Shown: positions 1-11,554, numbered from the whole stretch's first letter. The stretch is 63,083 nt of DNA, filler included, from Octopus bimaculoides (GCF_001194135.2; 6 parts of 6 records of this genome joined end to end with filler, not necessarily neighbours in it), one strand, 5' to 3'. Numbers and translations are program-made. Notes: generated from the sequence alone by a model not told the origin.

Positions 1-53
1 ATATATATATATGTATGTATATGTACATATAGCTAGCTAGCTAGCCAGCCAGC

Positions 54-127
<74 letters not shown>

Positions 128-130
128 TAC
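1..130. repeat. Compound microsatellite (TA)n-(GCTA)n-(GCCA)n-(GACA)n
   Basis: Directly visible tetranucleotide arrays grading into each other. Confidence 0.95.
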
Positions 131-849
131 ACTCACATTATGTGGATTATATATATATATATATGTATGTGGGTAACGCAAGGATTGTTTTTCAAATAGT
201 TAGCAATTTAAACTACGCAATCCAAGTTTCCGTAAGAGCTATATTATAGGCCGTATCACTAAATTAATGGACATACTTAAGAATTTCTGTAAGCGTGAAA
301 TCTCGTAACCTCTCAGAAGAATGCATGTACTTGTGTTTAAAGTGTTTTCTTAACTTTGGTTTCTGATGCTCAAAGTTATACATCAATCAATATAAGAAAA
401 AAATTTATATTTCTACAAAATAAACCAACCAGTATTTGTCGATGACTTCGTAACTTATTTCTAATCCATGTTCTCCAGGATCCAATGTTGAATTCTACAA
501 AATAAAATAAACTCAGGTAGCATCAGAAATAAAGCTATGAAATATAGTATGGACTAAATTAAATTCATGGTTATCATATAACGCTGAAGTGTTTTTTATG
601 TTGTGTCTATACAAATGACAAAGCCATAGTCCAACAATTTTTTTAATTTCTTAGGTAGACCCATTTTATTTGAAGATAGACTTTAATCAATACAAATATG
701 GGTAGATGAATATGTTGTTATCTATGTAATGGCAGCTTAGTTATAAAAGTACGACATATGCTTTTATGTAGTAGACGAATAGGTTGCAGTTTCACTTTTG
801 CATGTTAAAATGATCCATTCAATAGCAGTTATGTCTTTTGAAGATACAT

Positions 850-1115
850 AATAGTCAAAGGAGTTTTAGAAAACTCAGAGAACAGTGAGTATCGCCCGCT
901 ATTTCTCCACATTGAGAAGTCACAGTTCCGATACTACGGGCATATGATTAGAATGTCACAGGAAAGAATCACAGTTTCTTCTAAGCCGACAAGAGGTTAG
1001 ACCAAGAAAAAATGCTTGGATAGTATCACGCTTAGAAATCCATCAGGAAAGTCAAATGACAGTTACTTCTGATAGGACCTTATGGAATAGTTGGCTGAGA
1101 AGATGGAAAGATAGT
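850..1115 (+). mobile_element. Decayed 3' end of an RTE-type LINE ORF2
   Basis: Translates across disruptions to LHIEKSQFRYYGHMIRMSQER..KPTRG*PR..LDSI..DRTLW, matching the RTE C-terminal pattern RWFGHVxRM..RGRP..W.D..DR..W. Boundaries approximate. Confidence 0.6.
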
Positions 1116-2796
1116 TGGATGATGGAATGGATAGAGGACGAATGGAAAAGACATTGCCGAACATAGAAGCGCTTTAGTGTTATAATGCTTTATAACATTT
1201 CGAATCTATTGAAATCATTCAACCTCAAATAAAACATAAAATCCAAGGTCGTGTGGTATATTTGACCTGTTACTCTTTTATGTATTTTTCTACAATTAAT
1301 TTGTTTATTGAAATATTTATTGAAAATTGCCTGCTGGAGTTCACAAGTGAATTTGCGTTTATAACTTAAAGCTTGTAAACAGAAAACAGCTATTAAAACC
1401 AGACGTGTTCAATGTGAAAGCACTACGGTAGCTCAGTATTAATGCAGAACTTATATGAATGCAATTGACATTGAATTTTCACCTGCCTTTCAGTTGAAAT
1501 CGATCTCGCAAAATCAGAATTCTTATTCGTTAAACTTACCCTTGAAATTCCCTTCTAGCTTATACATTTCCACCAACTATCTCCAGCTCTTCGTAAAGCA
1601 TCATAAGGCTGTTTAACCTTTCCACATACTAACTGGGTTCTCATAAATTCAATATGTTTTACACAAATAAACGAAAGTGTTTCCCCCTAGATAAATGGTT
1701 GTAGAAAACCCCTTCAAAGGTCTTTATGATATTGTCATTAAAAAAAACAAAAAAACTTTAAATGTCTTTAAAATATTGAAAATTCAAAGATATTCCTTAC
1801 TATTGATTGACTAAGTGTTGCTTTAAGTTGCAACGTGTCATCTCTATACTTTCCGATAGTAGACCGAAACTTCTTGATGACATTTTTTATGTCTGAAAGT
1901 AAAAACGATAAAATAAATAAATAAACAGTTATTATAATGACTGTGTTATTTGTGTTAATAATTATTAATATTACAATAGTATCAGTTGGGTGTCAGTAAT
2001 CTCGACTAGACGCTTTGAAATCTGTGTGCACAGGGGTATCGGTCACGACCTCAGAAAAAAATTAGTATCTTTTTCGCCTATACACACCGAGTACTCATGC
2101 ATACGGTAGCACAGTAACACGTCGTGTCATCATATTCCAAAATGTCTCCTGTAGGAAACCTCGTCCGGAAGCTTGCAACAAAGTAACCTCTACGAAAGAT
2201 ACTCATGAGCCAGAAATTGTTATATTAGATTGTGTGTGAGTGCTACTCATAGCACCAAACAAAAGTGGGGAATGTGATGCTTATCGTGCCAACAACATTA
2301 ATGAACGGTTATCTCGCTCAAAACCCTGTTATTGGTTAACAATTGAAGAGACCAGTATTCCCTGTTAGTAATTCAAAGAGACCAGTACTCTCAGACAATG
2401 TCTTCACTGCAGCTATGGACGTTTTATTTGTAGGATGGTTCGTTGAATGAAAATAAAATTTCAAAGAGGGAGAGAGAGTGGAACGGAATGGAAGTTTATT
2501 GAAGGGATACAAGACAAGATGGCAAGCAACGATAGAAATAAGTCAAGTAATTGTGAGCAGAATCATAAATAAACGGAGCACTAACATTAAGTACGAAAGA
2601 TCTTTTAGTGTGGTTGAACCCATTCTGGGTAAGTTTATGACAGTCAGAAGCGAGAGAGCAGAGATGAACAAGCAAATCAGTATTGATTGTATTGCCAGAA
2701 ATATTCCACAAATGCATATAAAAAAATAGCCAACAATTGGTGACACAACATCAGCAAAAAGAATAACAAATAAAAGTAAAACCAATTATTTATCCC

Positions 2797-3020
2797 TTTA
2801 CTCTTTTTAATCTTTTACTTGTTTCAATCCTTTGACTGTGGCCATACTGGAGCACCGCCTTTAGTCGAGCAAATCGACCCAGAACTTATTCTATCGGCAC
2901 TTTTGCCAAACCGCTAAGTTACAGGGACGTAAACACACCAGCATCGGTTGTCAAGCGATGTTGGAGAACAAATACAGACACACAAACATATACACACACA
3001 TACATACATACATACATACA

Positions 3021-3056
<36 letters not shown>
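2797..3056 (-). mobile_element. SINE family A, 3' tail half plus internal (TACA)n
   Basis: Same tail (cttttacttgtttca..ggagcaccgcctttagtcgag..aaccgctaagttac) as copies at 4831, 6203, 29780, 46718 and 57470. Confidence 0.85.
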
Positions 3057-3735
3057 TAACAATTAGAAAATGGAGGATAATATGCTGAACCCAACCACTT
3101 GCAGACAATGTATCCCGTTGAATTCATTAATTTAATTCATAGCAAAAGTGACAAAAAAAGAAGAAAGAAAAAAAAGAACCAAAGCACAGGTGTCCATGGC
3201 AGACTATGTTATTTTGCCAACCTGGTTTACATATAGAAGTACAAAGTACATAAGGAATTAGAGGATGAACAGAAGTTTAATCTTACAGCTGTTTCGGCCT
3301 AGTTTTAGCATGCCCCATTCTATCCGAATATTTCTTACCGGAGTGATTATCGGATGACATGTTGAAATGGGGTTACATGCCCGAGCCGCTAGGCCTCTTC
3401 AGAGATTCACAAAGGGTTTCATACAAATGTAGAGGATGAGGTAAAAATAGAGGTGTGGTAGAGACCAGAAAAACAACAGCAAAAATAAGATAAAAATAAA
3501 AATAAAAAATAGAATTAAGATCAAAATAAAAATAAAAATAAAAATAAGGGTACAGCAGGAAAAAAATAATAAAAATAATAATAAAGAATACATAAATGAA
3601 AAATGAAGGTATAGCATGTAGGACATGTAAAAATAAAAAAATATAAAAAAGATATATGTAAAAAAACCTTAAAAATACAAGGCCCACAAAGAGCCTACAA
3701 ATATTATAAATGGGTAGTTATAGACACTCCAATGC
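3057..3735 (-). mobile_element. Hammerhead-carrying non-coding repeat, Penelope pLTR or retrozyme-like
   Basis: Bracketed by (TA)n; T-rich tract, then ribozyme, then about 225 bp with a near-identical inverted copy at 48061-48292. Confidence 0.6.
3279..3407 (-). ncRNA. Minimal type I hammerhead ribozyme with extended stem II
   Basis: Minus strand reads AAUCU-CUGAAGA-GGCCUAG-(86 nt)-CUAGGCC-GAAAC-AGCU-GUA-AGAUU: all core nucleotides, 5-bp stem I, 7-bp stem II, short stem III with palindromic tetraloop. Confidence 0.8.
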
Positions 3736-4220
3736 ATATATATATATATATGTGTGTGTGGGTCCGTGTGCACAACCTTACTCGGATGTACCCTTATTCC
3801 CATAGTTTTTATGAGCATATATTCCACTACATACGTTGTCTGTGGCATCGGAGCTATTAGCCGTATCTAGAAACCTGTAAGTGTTTTTTAGAAAGGAAGT
3901 TTTGTTGAGTGTGTGTGTCATTTCTATATATTTTGGAAGGTTCTATGTAGAAGTTCATTTTACACAAGTTATTAATGTTCTAGTAGCAGTAACAGTGATG
4001 ACGAAGATGATGGTGACAACAGCAACAACAATAACAACTTGCAACAACAATAACGACGCCCGCCGATCGATAACCCCTCGAAAACATTGTTCAATACAAA
4101 TCCAATAAAAGTCAAAAATTCAATGGCAGTTCAATAAAGTTCAATAAAAGTTCCTTTTAAAGATCTAATCTTCCTCNNNNNNNNNNNNNNNNNNNNNNNN
4201 NNNNNNNNNNNNNNNNNNNN

Positions 4221-4232
4221 TTAATTAATTAA
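4221..4232. other. Assembly spacer TTAATTAATTAA in a 44N+12+44N gap
   Basis: Identical 100-bp construct at 4221, 28869, 48388, 57400 and 61782; gives TAA in all six frames. Confidence 0.95.
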
Positions 4233-4276
4233 NNNNNNNNNNNNNNNNNNNNNNNNNNNNNNNNNNNNNNNNNNNN

Positions 4277-4537
4277 CGGCACAAGTGCCAGGAAGGCGAC
4301 GCTGGGCATAGGTGCCATCACGATTTCGCTTTCGCTTGCCCCAACAGGTCTTCACCTTTATGCCACCGGCACAAGTGCCAGGAAGGCGGCGCTGGGCATA
4401 GGTGCCATCACGATTTCGCTTTCACTTGCCCCAACAGGTCTTCACCTTTATGCCACCGGCACAAGTACCAGGAAGGCGACGCTGGGCATAGGTGCCATCA
4501 CGATTTCGCTTTCGCTTCCCCAACAGGTCTTCACCTT
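4277..4537. repeat. GC-rich 90-bp tandem repeat, about 2.9 copies
   Basis: Unit cggcacaagtgccaggaaggcgacgctggg... starts at 4277, 4367 and 4457; truncated by the gap. Confidence 0.9.
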
Positions 4538-4830
4538 TGTATATTTCTCTCATGCAGAAATGTCTTTGAACTCTGAACAGTACATGTATAAACCTTCTTT
4601 TAATCCTTTTGGGGCATGCTTCAAGACAACACAATGACTCTATTAAGTCATTAATAACCTTCTTAATTTAATCTTCCAACCACAAAATGTATGCAGCCCC
4701 TGTTTTAGCAGCTAAACCAAACACAGCGTATCTTATTTAGATGTAACAAATTTTAAATTTTACAATTTCTTGGGTTATGGGCCTTGGTGTGCAATCTTTC
4801 TGGAAAGAAAAACTTTTACCTGGGTCCCTT

Positions 4831-5246
4831 ACTCTCTCTTTTACTCTTTTACTTGTTTCAGTCATTTGACTGTGGCCATGCTGGAGCACCGCCTTTAGTC
4901 GAGTAAATCGACCCCAGGACTTATTCTTTGGATGCCTAGTACTTATTCTATCGGTCAGTTTTGCCGAACCGCTAAGTTACGGGAACGTAAACACACCAAC
5001 ATCAGTTGTCAAGCGATGTTGGGGGGACAAACACAGACACGCATACACAGACATACATATATATATATATATATACATATATACGACAAGCTTCTTTCAG
5101 TTTCTGTCTACCAAATCCACTCACAAGGCTTTGGTCGGCCCAAGGCTATAGTAGAAGACACTTGCCCAAGGTGCCACGCAGTGGGAATGAACCCGGAACC
5201 ATGTGGTTGGTAAGCAAGCTACTTACCACACAGCCACTCCTGCGCC
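4831..5246 (-). mobile_element. SINE family A, full length, with 18-bp TSD
   Basis: tRNA-like head with A box TGGCTGTGTGG and B box GGTTCATTCC, internal (TA)n, tail; cttttacctgggtccctt at 4813-4830 and 5310-5327. Confidence 0.9.
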
Positions 5247-5889
5247 TGTGATTTGTTTATTTTTCTCTCTTTTTATAAAACATGAACCATGTGATATCTT
5301 ATCTTTTATCTTTTACCTGGGTCCCTTGGCTATATTCCTTTGTATTTTCATTATGGTAATCTAACTCGTTATCAGTCAACTCAACCATGCTTAGCCTTGC
5401 CTACCTTTCCCACCAAATTGTATGCTCACGTATTTATTACTTTCTTTATTTCAAGATATTTTATGTAAATAGAATCAACATATTGAACAGGGTGTGGTTG
5501 TGTGGTAATTCCTAACCACATGGTTCTGGATTCACTTCCAGTGCGTGATACCTTGGACTGACCAGAGCCTTGTGAGTGGATTTGGTAGACAGTAACTGAA
5601 ACAAGCCCATCGTATGTGTGTGAAGATGCCTAGCTCAGTGGTTAGAGTGTCGGACTCAAAATCAAGATGTAGTGAGTTCGATTACTTGACTGGGTTGTGT
5701 GTTGTGTTCTTGAGCAAGACACTTTATCTACCTCTGAGAATCCAGGAAACTGGCCTTATGAGTGTGTATCACTCTAAAAGAAGCTTTTTTTTTTTTTTAA
5801 TTACATGTAACCTGTGCAAGCATATAAAAGTGACCATTAAATTGTTGATAATTAACACCTTTTTAATTGGATATTTCTTTTATTCTCAG

Positions 5890-6002
5890 GAAAGTATGTT
5901 GGAAACCGCCCAATCAAGCTTCGGAAAAGTTCCTGGAAAGAAAGAAATATTGAAATTGTTCGGAAAAAGGACAAAGAGAAAAAGAGACTTGGTTTGCGTT
6001 AA
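5890..6002 (+). CDS. RBM42: RNA-binding protein 42, last coding exon
   Basis: Acceptor ttattctcAG, phase 1, encodes (G)KYVGNRPIKLRKSSWKERNIEIVRKKDKEKKRLGLR*, matching the human C-terminus GKYVGSRPIKLRKSMWKDRNLDVVRKKQKEKKKLGLR as recalled. Confidence 0.92.
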
Positions 6003-6120
6003 ACTGCATCATTGTGACATCATTCTTTTTCTGTGGTTTGAGATCAAATGGCTGGCTGTCCACCACCAGTTAAACTTTTATTGGGACAAAGCTATGTGGT
6101 CACTTGTAAATATTGTTTAT

Positions 6121-6126
6121 AATAAA
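6121..6126 (+). promoter_or_regulatory. Candidate RBM42 poly(A) signal AATAAA
   Basis: First AATAAA after the stop codon, followed by a GT/T-rich tract at about 6145-6175. Confidence 0.5.
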
Positions 6127-6202
6127 ATGAGGACTAAAAAGACAAGTTTGTGTTTTGTTTGTTTTTTCTCTCTTTTTATAAAACATGAACCATGTGATAT
6201 CT

Positions 6203-6663
6203 TATCTTTTTATCTTTTACTTGTTTCAGTCATTGGACTGGGTTCATGCTGGGGCACCGCTTTGAAGGGTTTAGTCAAACAAATTAATCCCAGTACTTAC
6301 GGTTTTTTAAAGTTTGGTACTTATTCTGTCAATCTCTTTTACCAAACTGCTAAGTTACAAGAGCCTAAACAAACACCAGTTGCCAAGCAGTTAGCCACAC
6401 AGACACACACACACACACACACACACATGCAGAGATACACATGCATGCAAAGACACATACACAGACACGCATGCACACATACACAGACACACCCACACAC
6501 ACACACAACGGTCTTCCACACAGTTTCTATCATCTACCAAGTTCACTTACAAAGCATTAGTCATCCAAGAGCTATAGCAGAGAATGCTTGTTGAAGGTGC
6601 TGTACAGTGAGACTGAACCGGAATCCATGTGACTGCAAAGAAAGTTTCTTAACCACACAACTA
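6203..6663 (-). mobile_element. SINE family A, near full length, older copy
   Basis: Tail, (CA)n interior and head homologous to 4831-5246, with CpG decay. Confidence 0.8.
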
Positions 6664-7153
6664 ACCTCACCTCCCCATATATGTATATAATAAGCCAATA
6701 AGAAATCCTTTTCATGATTGCATGTCCCAGTAAAAATAACAGTCAAATTTCAAATAACACCTTACTGGCACTCCATCGCTTACGACGACAAGGGTTCCAG
6801 TTGACGCGATAAATGGAACAGCCTGATTGTGAAATTAATGTGCAAGTGGCTGAGCATTCCCCAGACACACATACCCTTGGTGTAGTTCCCAGGGTGACTT
6901 AGCATGGCACAATGTGGCAAGGGTGGCACCTTCCATTATAGATACTGCTCGTTTTTGCTAGCTGAAGAAGACCCATCAAGTCAAGTGAAATCGTAGTCAT
7001 GGCGGCTGCTGGTGTCACACAACTGGCCTTTAAAAACACCCATTACACTCTCAGAATGGTTGGCGCTAGAAAGGGTTCACTTGCAATGTGTTATACCTTG
7101 GGCTGACCAGAACTTTGTGAGTGGATTTGGTGGACACTAACTGAAAGTAGCCC

Positions 7154-7195
<42 letters not shown>

Positions 7196-7479
7196 GATGC
7201 ATATTTCAGTGGTTAGAGTGTCGGGCTCACAATCATGAGGTAGTGAGTTCGATTACTGGACTGAGTTGTGTGTTGTAGAAACCATGCCAAATCAGACTGG
7301 GATCTGGTACAGCCCCTCAGCTTACCAGCCATGGTCAAACTGTCCAACCCATGCCAGCATGGATAACAGATGTTAAATGAGGAAGATGAGGGAACAGGAG
7401 CAACGTGAAATAAAGTGACTTGCTCTGTTGTAAGTTGATAGATAACTGCAGGTAGAGGAATTCCAGAGGGATGATGTGG

Positions 7480-8200
7480 GGAGACAGGACTGTAGGTAGT
7501 GAGGGGCCTTGGGGATTGAAGGCCACATGGATTATGAAAAGGAGAGAGACAAGGTTGTAGGTGTCTGATCAGCTCTGAGAAACAGTGGCTATTGTAGTAG
7601 ACAACACAGGAAAGAGAGATAGAGACAGGAGAGAGTGTGTGTTTGTGGGACAGAAGCTGGAGTGTCTATGAGTGACTTTATGCCAGTTAGGTGAGTGGCC
7701 TTTCTCGGGATGCTGTCTAGATTGGTGATATTTATCTCCCCCATAAGTGGATGTTCTGTTAGAACAAACTATACTGCAGTAGATACCATGAGAAAAACTC
7801 TCATATTGGCTTTTGGTGTAAAACGAACACTTGTTTATATCACTAGCAGGGGAGATAAATCTCCATCACCTCCAGTGCCAAGACCACCAGATCACATGAT
7901 TTCAATCTTCCTTGGCCTTATCAATGACGGATGCTAATATATATTTGTTTAACAAGCTGTCTAGAATGTCAATGTATGCAGCAACAGCAGCAGCATTATC
8001 CCAGATGATGGAGCATTAGTATTTTAGTACTCCATGATGGACTTCACCTGTGCTTTCCAGCAGGTTAGATGTTGGGTGCTGACGTATTTCCTGGCTCTGA
8101 CAAAAAGGGTTAGTCTTTGAGATACAGTTTCTACAATGCAAAAGATATGAATTTACCAGAAAAAAATTCCACAAAGTGAGGTCTAACATTTGGCCTGGTC
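7480..8200 (-). mobile_element. Decayed LINE RT C-terminal fragments (Jockey/I-like)
   Basis: Minus-strand pieces LFVRARKY..WKAQVKSIMEY, DSIPRKATHLTG and YYNSHCFSEL resemble YKAQVRPxMEYCSHxW / LDSIQRKAIRL / YRYYHGxCSSEL. Confidence 0.55.
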
Positions 8201-8234
8201 ACAAGGGCTCTACTTGCACACTCTCCATGTTTAG

Positions 8235-9033
8235 CCCTTTAGCATTCAGTTTATTCTATCAAATGTAATGTTTATTTATTCACATTGTTTTAAATTTATC
8301 CTTCATTTTCTTGTAACTTTGAGATTTTGATTGTGGCTGTGTATATTTTAGACAAATATTGTAGAGTGAGTATTAAGGCTGGATCTGGCCAGTTTGAATA
8401 TAAAACTGGTAAAATATTGGGTTGTCCGGAAAGTCCGTGCTGATTTTCCAAAAGATTCTTCTTACTCAACTCATGTGGTACCCAAACATTGTAGTGATTT
8501 GTGTACCCAAGCTTTACCAGGTGCTCATGAACGACGGATTGTGATAGGTTGAGGCTTTCTGCCAATTCTCGGGTTATGCAATGTGGATTATTCTCAATTA
8601 ATGACTTGATTTGGTCATCATCTGTAATGGCTGGTCTGCCTGATCGCTCTTTAGCAACAAGGCTACAATCTCCAGCTCGGAACCTTGCAAACCTCTTCTG
8701 TACAGTTCTTTCTGATAAAGAAACATCACCGTAAACTGCGCATATTTCTTTGGTTGCTTGTGAGGCATTTTTCCCTTTACGAAAAAAGAAAAGCATCAAA
8801 TACCAAAATGAACTTTCTTATCTTCCATTTTAAAGGGTTACAGAATTAACACAGGTTATAGGATCATAAACCTCCTTCCACGAAAAGATAGCTTAAACTG
8901 TGCTCTAAATGGAGGTGTAGTCAAATCCTATTTTATAGACTCAAACATGTTCTAAAATAAGTCGAAAGTAAGCTACTATAAATCGGCACAAACTTTCCGG
9001 ACAACCCAATATTTTGGCTGGATGCAGCTGGTT
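8235..9033 (+). mobile_element. piggyBac-like MITE interrupted by the mariner insertion
   Basis: Starts ttag-CCCTTTTAGCATT; body matches copies at 9036-9246 and 22786-23273, which end in AATGCTAAAGGG/GATGCTAAAGGG-TTAA. Confidence 0.65.
8417..9009 (-). mobile_element. Internally deleted mariner element (593 bp) retaining the N-terminal HTH region of the transposase
   Basis: 30-bp TIRs TTGGGTTGTCCGGAAAGT(CC/TT)GTGC(T/C)GATTT, TA duplication at 8415-16 and 9010-11; ORF RKGKNASQATKEICAVYG..SERTVQKRFARFRAGD..ERSGRP; no DD34D domain. Confidence 0.93.
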
Positions 9034-9035
9034 TA

Positions 9036-9246
9036 AATGCTAAATTGGCCATATATAGCCCATATATCCTACTTTGTTTTATGTTAAAACTGGCCACATC
9101 CAGCCTCTCACACCTGGCCTATATCATTCTAAAAATAAACAATCACATCATCAAAATCTCAAAACTAGGAGATAATGCATGATTAATTCAAAAGAATGTG
9201 AGTAAATAAGCATTACCTGTGACAAAGTAATCCAAATGCTAAAGGG
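9036..9246 (-). mobile_element. piggyBac-like MITE, second copy in opposite orientation
   Basis: Reverse complement of the same MITE, ending AATGCTAAAGGG followed by TTAA at 9247-9250. Confidence 0.7.
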
Positions 9247-9582
9247 TTAAAGCAGATAATGTTTAATTAATATGTAGAGCACCTTTTAAGGTGGTAAGCT
9301 GGCAGAATCGTTAGCATACCAGGTAAAATGCTTAGCAGTGGCACTGGCAACGACCTCGCTTGAATGTTGTTTTTCATGTGCCACTGGCACAAGTGCTAGT
9401 AAGGTAACGCTGGTAACGATCACGCTCGAATGGTGCTTTTTATGTGCCTCCAGCACAGGAGCCAGCAGCTCTGGGAACAATCACGCTCAGATGGTGCTCT
9501 TAGTGTTCCACTAGCACACGGATGCCAATCATGCGGTGCTATCATCGGCCACGTCAGTGAATTTGATTTCGATTTCACTTGC

Positions 9583-9641
<59 letters not shown>

Positions 9642-9942
9642 CGAGAGAGATTGATAGATAGAAAGGTAGGTAGGCAGGCCGGTAGATAGATAGATATAAA
9701 TATATGTTATAGGTTTCTTTCAGTTTCATCTGCCAAATTCACTTACAGGTTATAAGTCAGAGCAGAGCTATTCCTGCAGTATAACTGAACCCAAGACCAC
9801 AAGGTTGGGAAGCAAGATTCTTAACCACACAGGCAGCAACACACGGCATAGACACACCTGTGTCTATACAAATAAATTAATCAGGTGTGCATTCGGTCTT
9901 TTCATTTCAACTGATAGTCACAAGATCTAAAAGTGTGATTAC

Positions 9943-9964
9943 CTTTGGGCAACATGTACTAATT
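9943..9964 (-). CDS. Candidate 22-nt exon of unidentified minus-strand gene, (L)ISTCCPK
   Basis: ttattgtacAG / AAG|GTAATC; phase 2 to 0, fits the 14-nt exon upstream. Confidence 0.35.
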
Positions 9965-10130
9965 CTGTACAATAAATTATCAGGCGATGTTGCATTTCTT
10001 CACATTGGTCCTCCTCCTCCCCTCCCTCCACCTCCTGCTGCTGCTACTACTACTACTACTTTGCCCGTTACTCTCTAAATATGCCAGTGAAACTGGGTGG
10101 TGGGGCCTTAATGTTGTTTATAATACTTAC

Positions 10131-10144
10131 AACTTTCTCTCACG
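10131..10144 (-). CDS. Candidate 14-nt microexon, RERK(L)
   Basis: Strong acceptor ttttctttctatcAG and donor GTAAGT around CGTGAGAGAAAGTT; phase 0 to 2. Confidence 0.4.
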
Positions 10145-10222
10145 CTGATAGAAAGAAAAGCAGCTTTCAGTTCATACACGCACACACACACGTGCGCACA
10201 CATACAGACGTGTAGACATATG

Positions 10223-10263
<41 letters not shown>

Positions 10264-10672
10264 NNNNNNNNNNNNNNNNNNNNNNNNNNNNNNNNNNNNN
10301 NNNNNNNNNNNNNNNNNNNNNNNNNNNNNNNNNNNNNNNNNNNNNNNNNNNNNNNNNNNNNNNNNNNNNNNNNNNNNNNNNNNNNNNNNNNNNNNNNNNN
10401 NNNNNNNNNNNNNNNNNNNNNNNNNNNNNNNNNNNNNNNNNNNNNNNNNNNNNNNNNNNNNNNNNNNNNNNNNNNNNNNNNNNNNNNNNNNNNNNNNNNN
10501 NNNNNNNNNNNNNNNNNNNNNNNNNNNNNNNNNNNNNNNNNNNNNNNNNNNNNNNNNNNNNNNNNNNNNNNNNNNNNNNNNNNNNNNNNNNNNNNNNNNN
10601 NNNNNNNNNNNNNNNNNNTATATATATATATATATATATATGTACATGTATATATATATACACACATATACT

Positions 10673-10720
<48 letters not shown>

Positions 10721-10852
10721 CACATATACACACATATACACACATATACACACATACATACACACATACATACACACATATATTTACACACACACACACA
10801 CACATATGTAAACTGAAACACAAATGCATTCCACACACATATACATACTCAC

Positions 10853-10900
10853 CTGTATAATTATGTTTATTAAACCTGGTGGAGAGTCATTCGTGATCCC
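10853..10900 (-). CDS. Candidate exon, GITNDSPPGLINIIIQ
   Basis: Strong donor CAG|GTGAGT; acceptor weak, with an alternative AG at 10923-24. Confidence 0.3.
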
Positions 10901-10986
10901 CTAGGGATTGCTGCAACCACCTCTGACAACATACACATAGACACATATATACAAACACAAACACAAACACACATACACACACTCAC

Positions 10987-11057
10987 GCACGTGTAGACAA
11001 ACACTTTGGCAACACTGAGGACAGTAAACAGCATTTGCGTAAAGTTCAGGTGACCTT
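10987..11057 (-). CDS. Candidate exon, (E)GHLNFTQMLFTVLSVAKVFVYTC
   Basis: Acceptor tcttgctttgcattccttgtAG, donor GTGAGT. A second frame (RSPELYANAVYCPQCCQSVCLHV) is also open. Confidence 0.45.
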
Positions 11058-11554
11058 CTACAAGGAATGCAAAGCAAGACGTTGCACTACAGCATGCATT
11101 GCTGCACACATTTGCTTTTACAAATATCAGCATAGGATTGACATTATCATCATCAGCATCATCAGCATCAAAAAACTGACACAAATATGAATGTCTGCTA
11201 GTGTGTGTGCATGCGTGTGTGCATACACACACACACACACACAGATTTAAATGTGTTGAAAATGTGTAGATATACTTATGCAATCAGATTCCCAGGAATT
11301 AATGTACATAGTGACAGGTGATAAAATCACATACCTGTACACACATGTTGTATGTGCACAAGTGTGTGTGTGTGGTGGAGTGTAAGTGAGTGAGCGAATG
11401 TGTAAAACACATACCTGTCTTTCTTGATTTTTGTCATCAGTCTGTTTATATATATACATACATATATATATGTGTGTGTGGGTATATATATACATACATA
11501 TATATATATATGAAAGACTCTCCTGTTGTTAGACAACGTATGAGGGTTAAACAA

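Noticed and set aside
2478-2785. Overlapping ORFs at 2478-2729 (+) and 2496-2785 (-)
   Set aside because: Non-ATG or short, no recognisable domain, not RBM42-like.
5178-5246. tRNA-like A/B boxes as tRNA genes
   Set aside because: They continue into SINE bodies, occur in many decayed copies and give no full cloverleaf.
5614-6594. 326-aa ORF, the longest in the track
   Set aside because: Runs through SINEs, intron and (CA)n, and crosses the RBM42 exon in the wrong frame.
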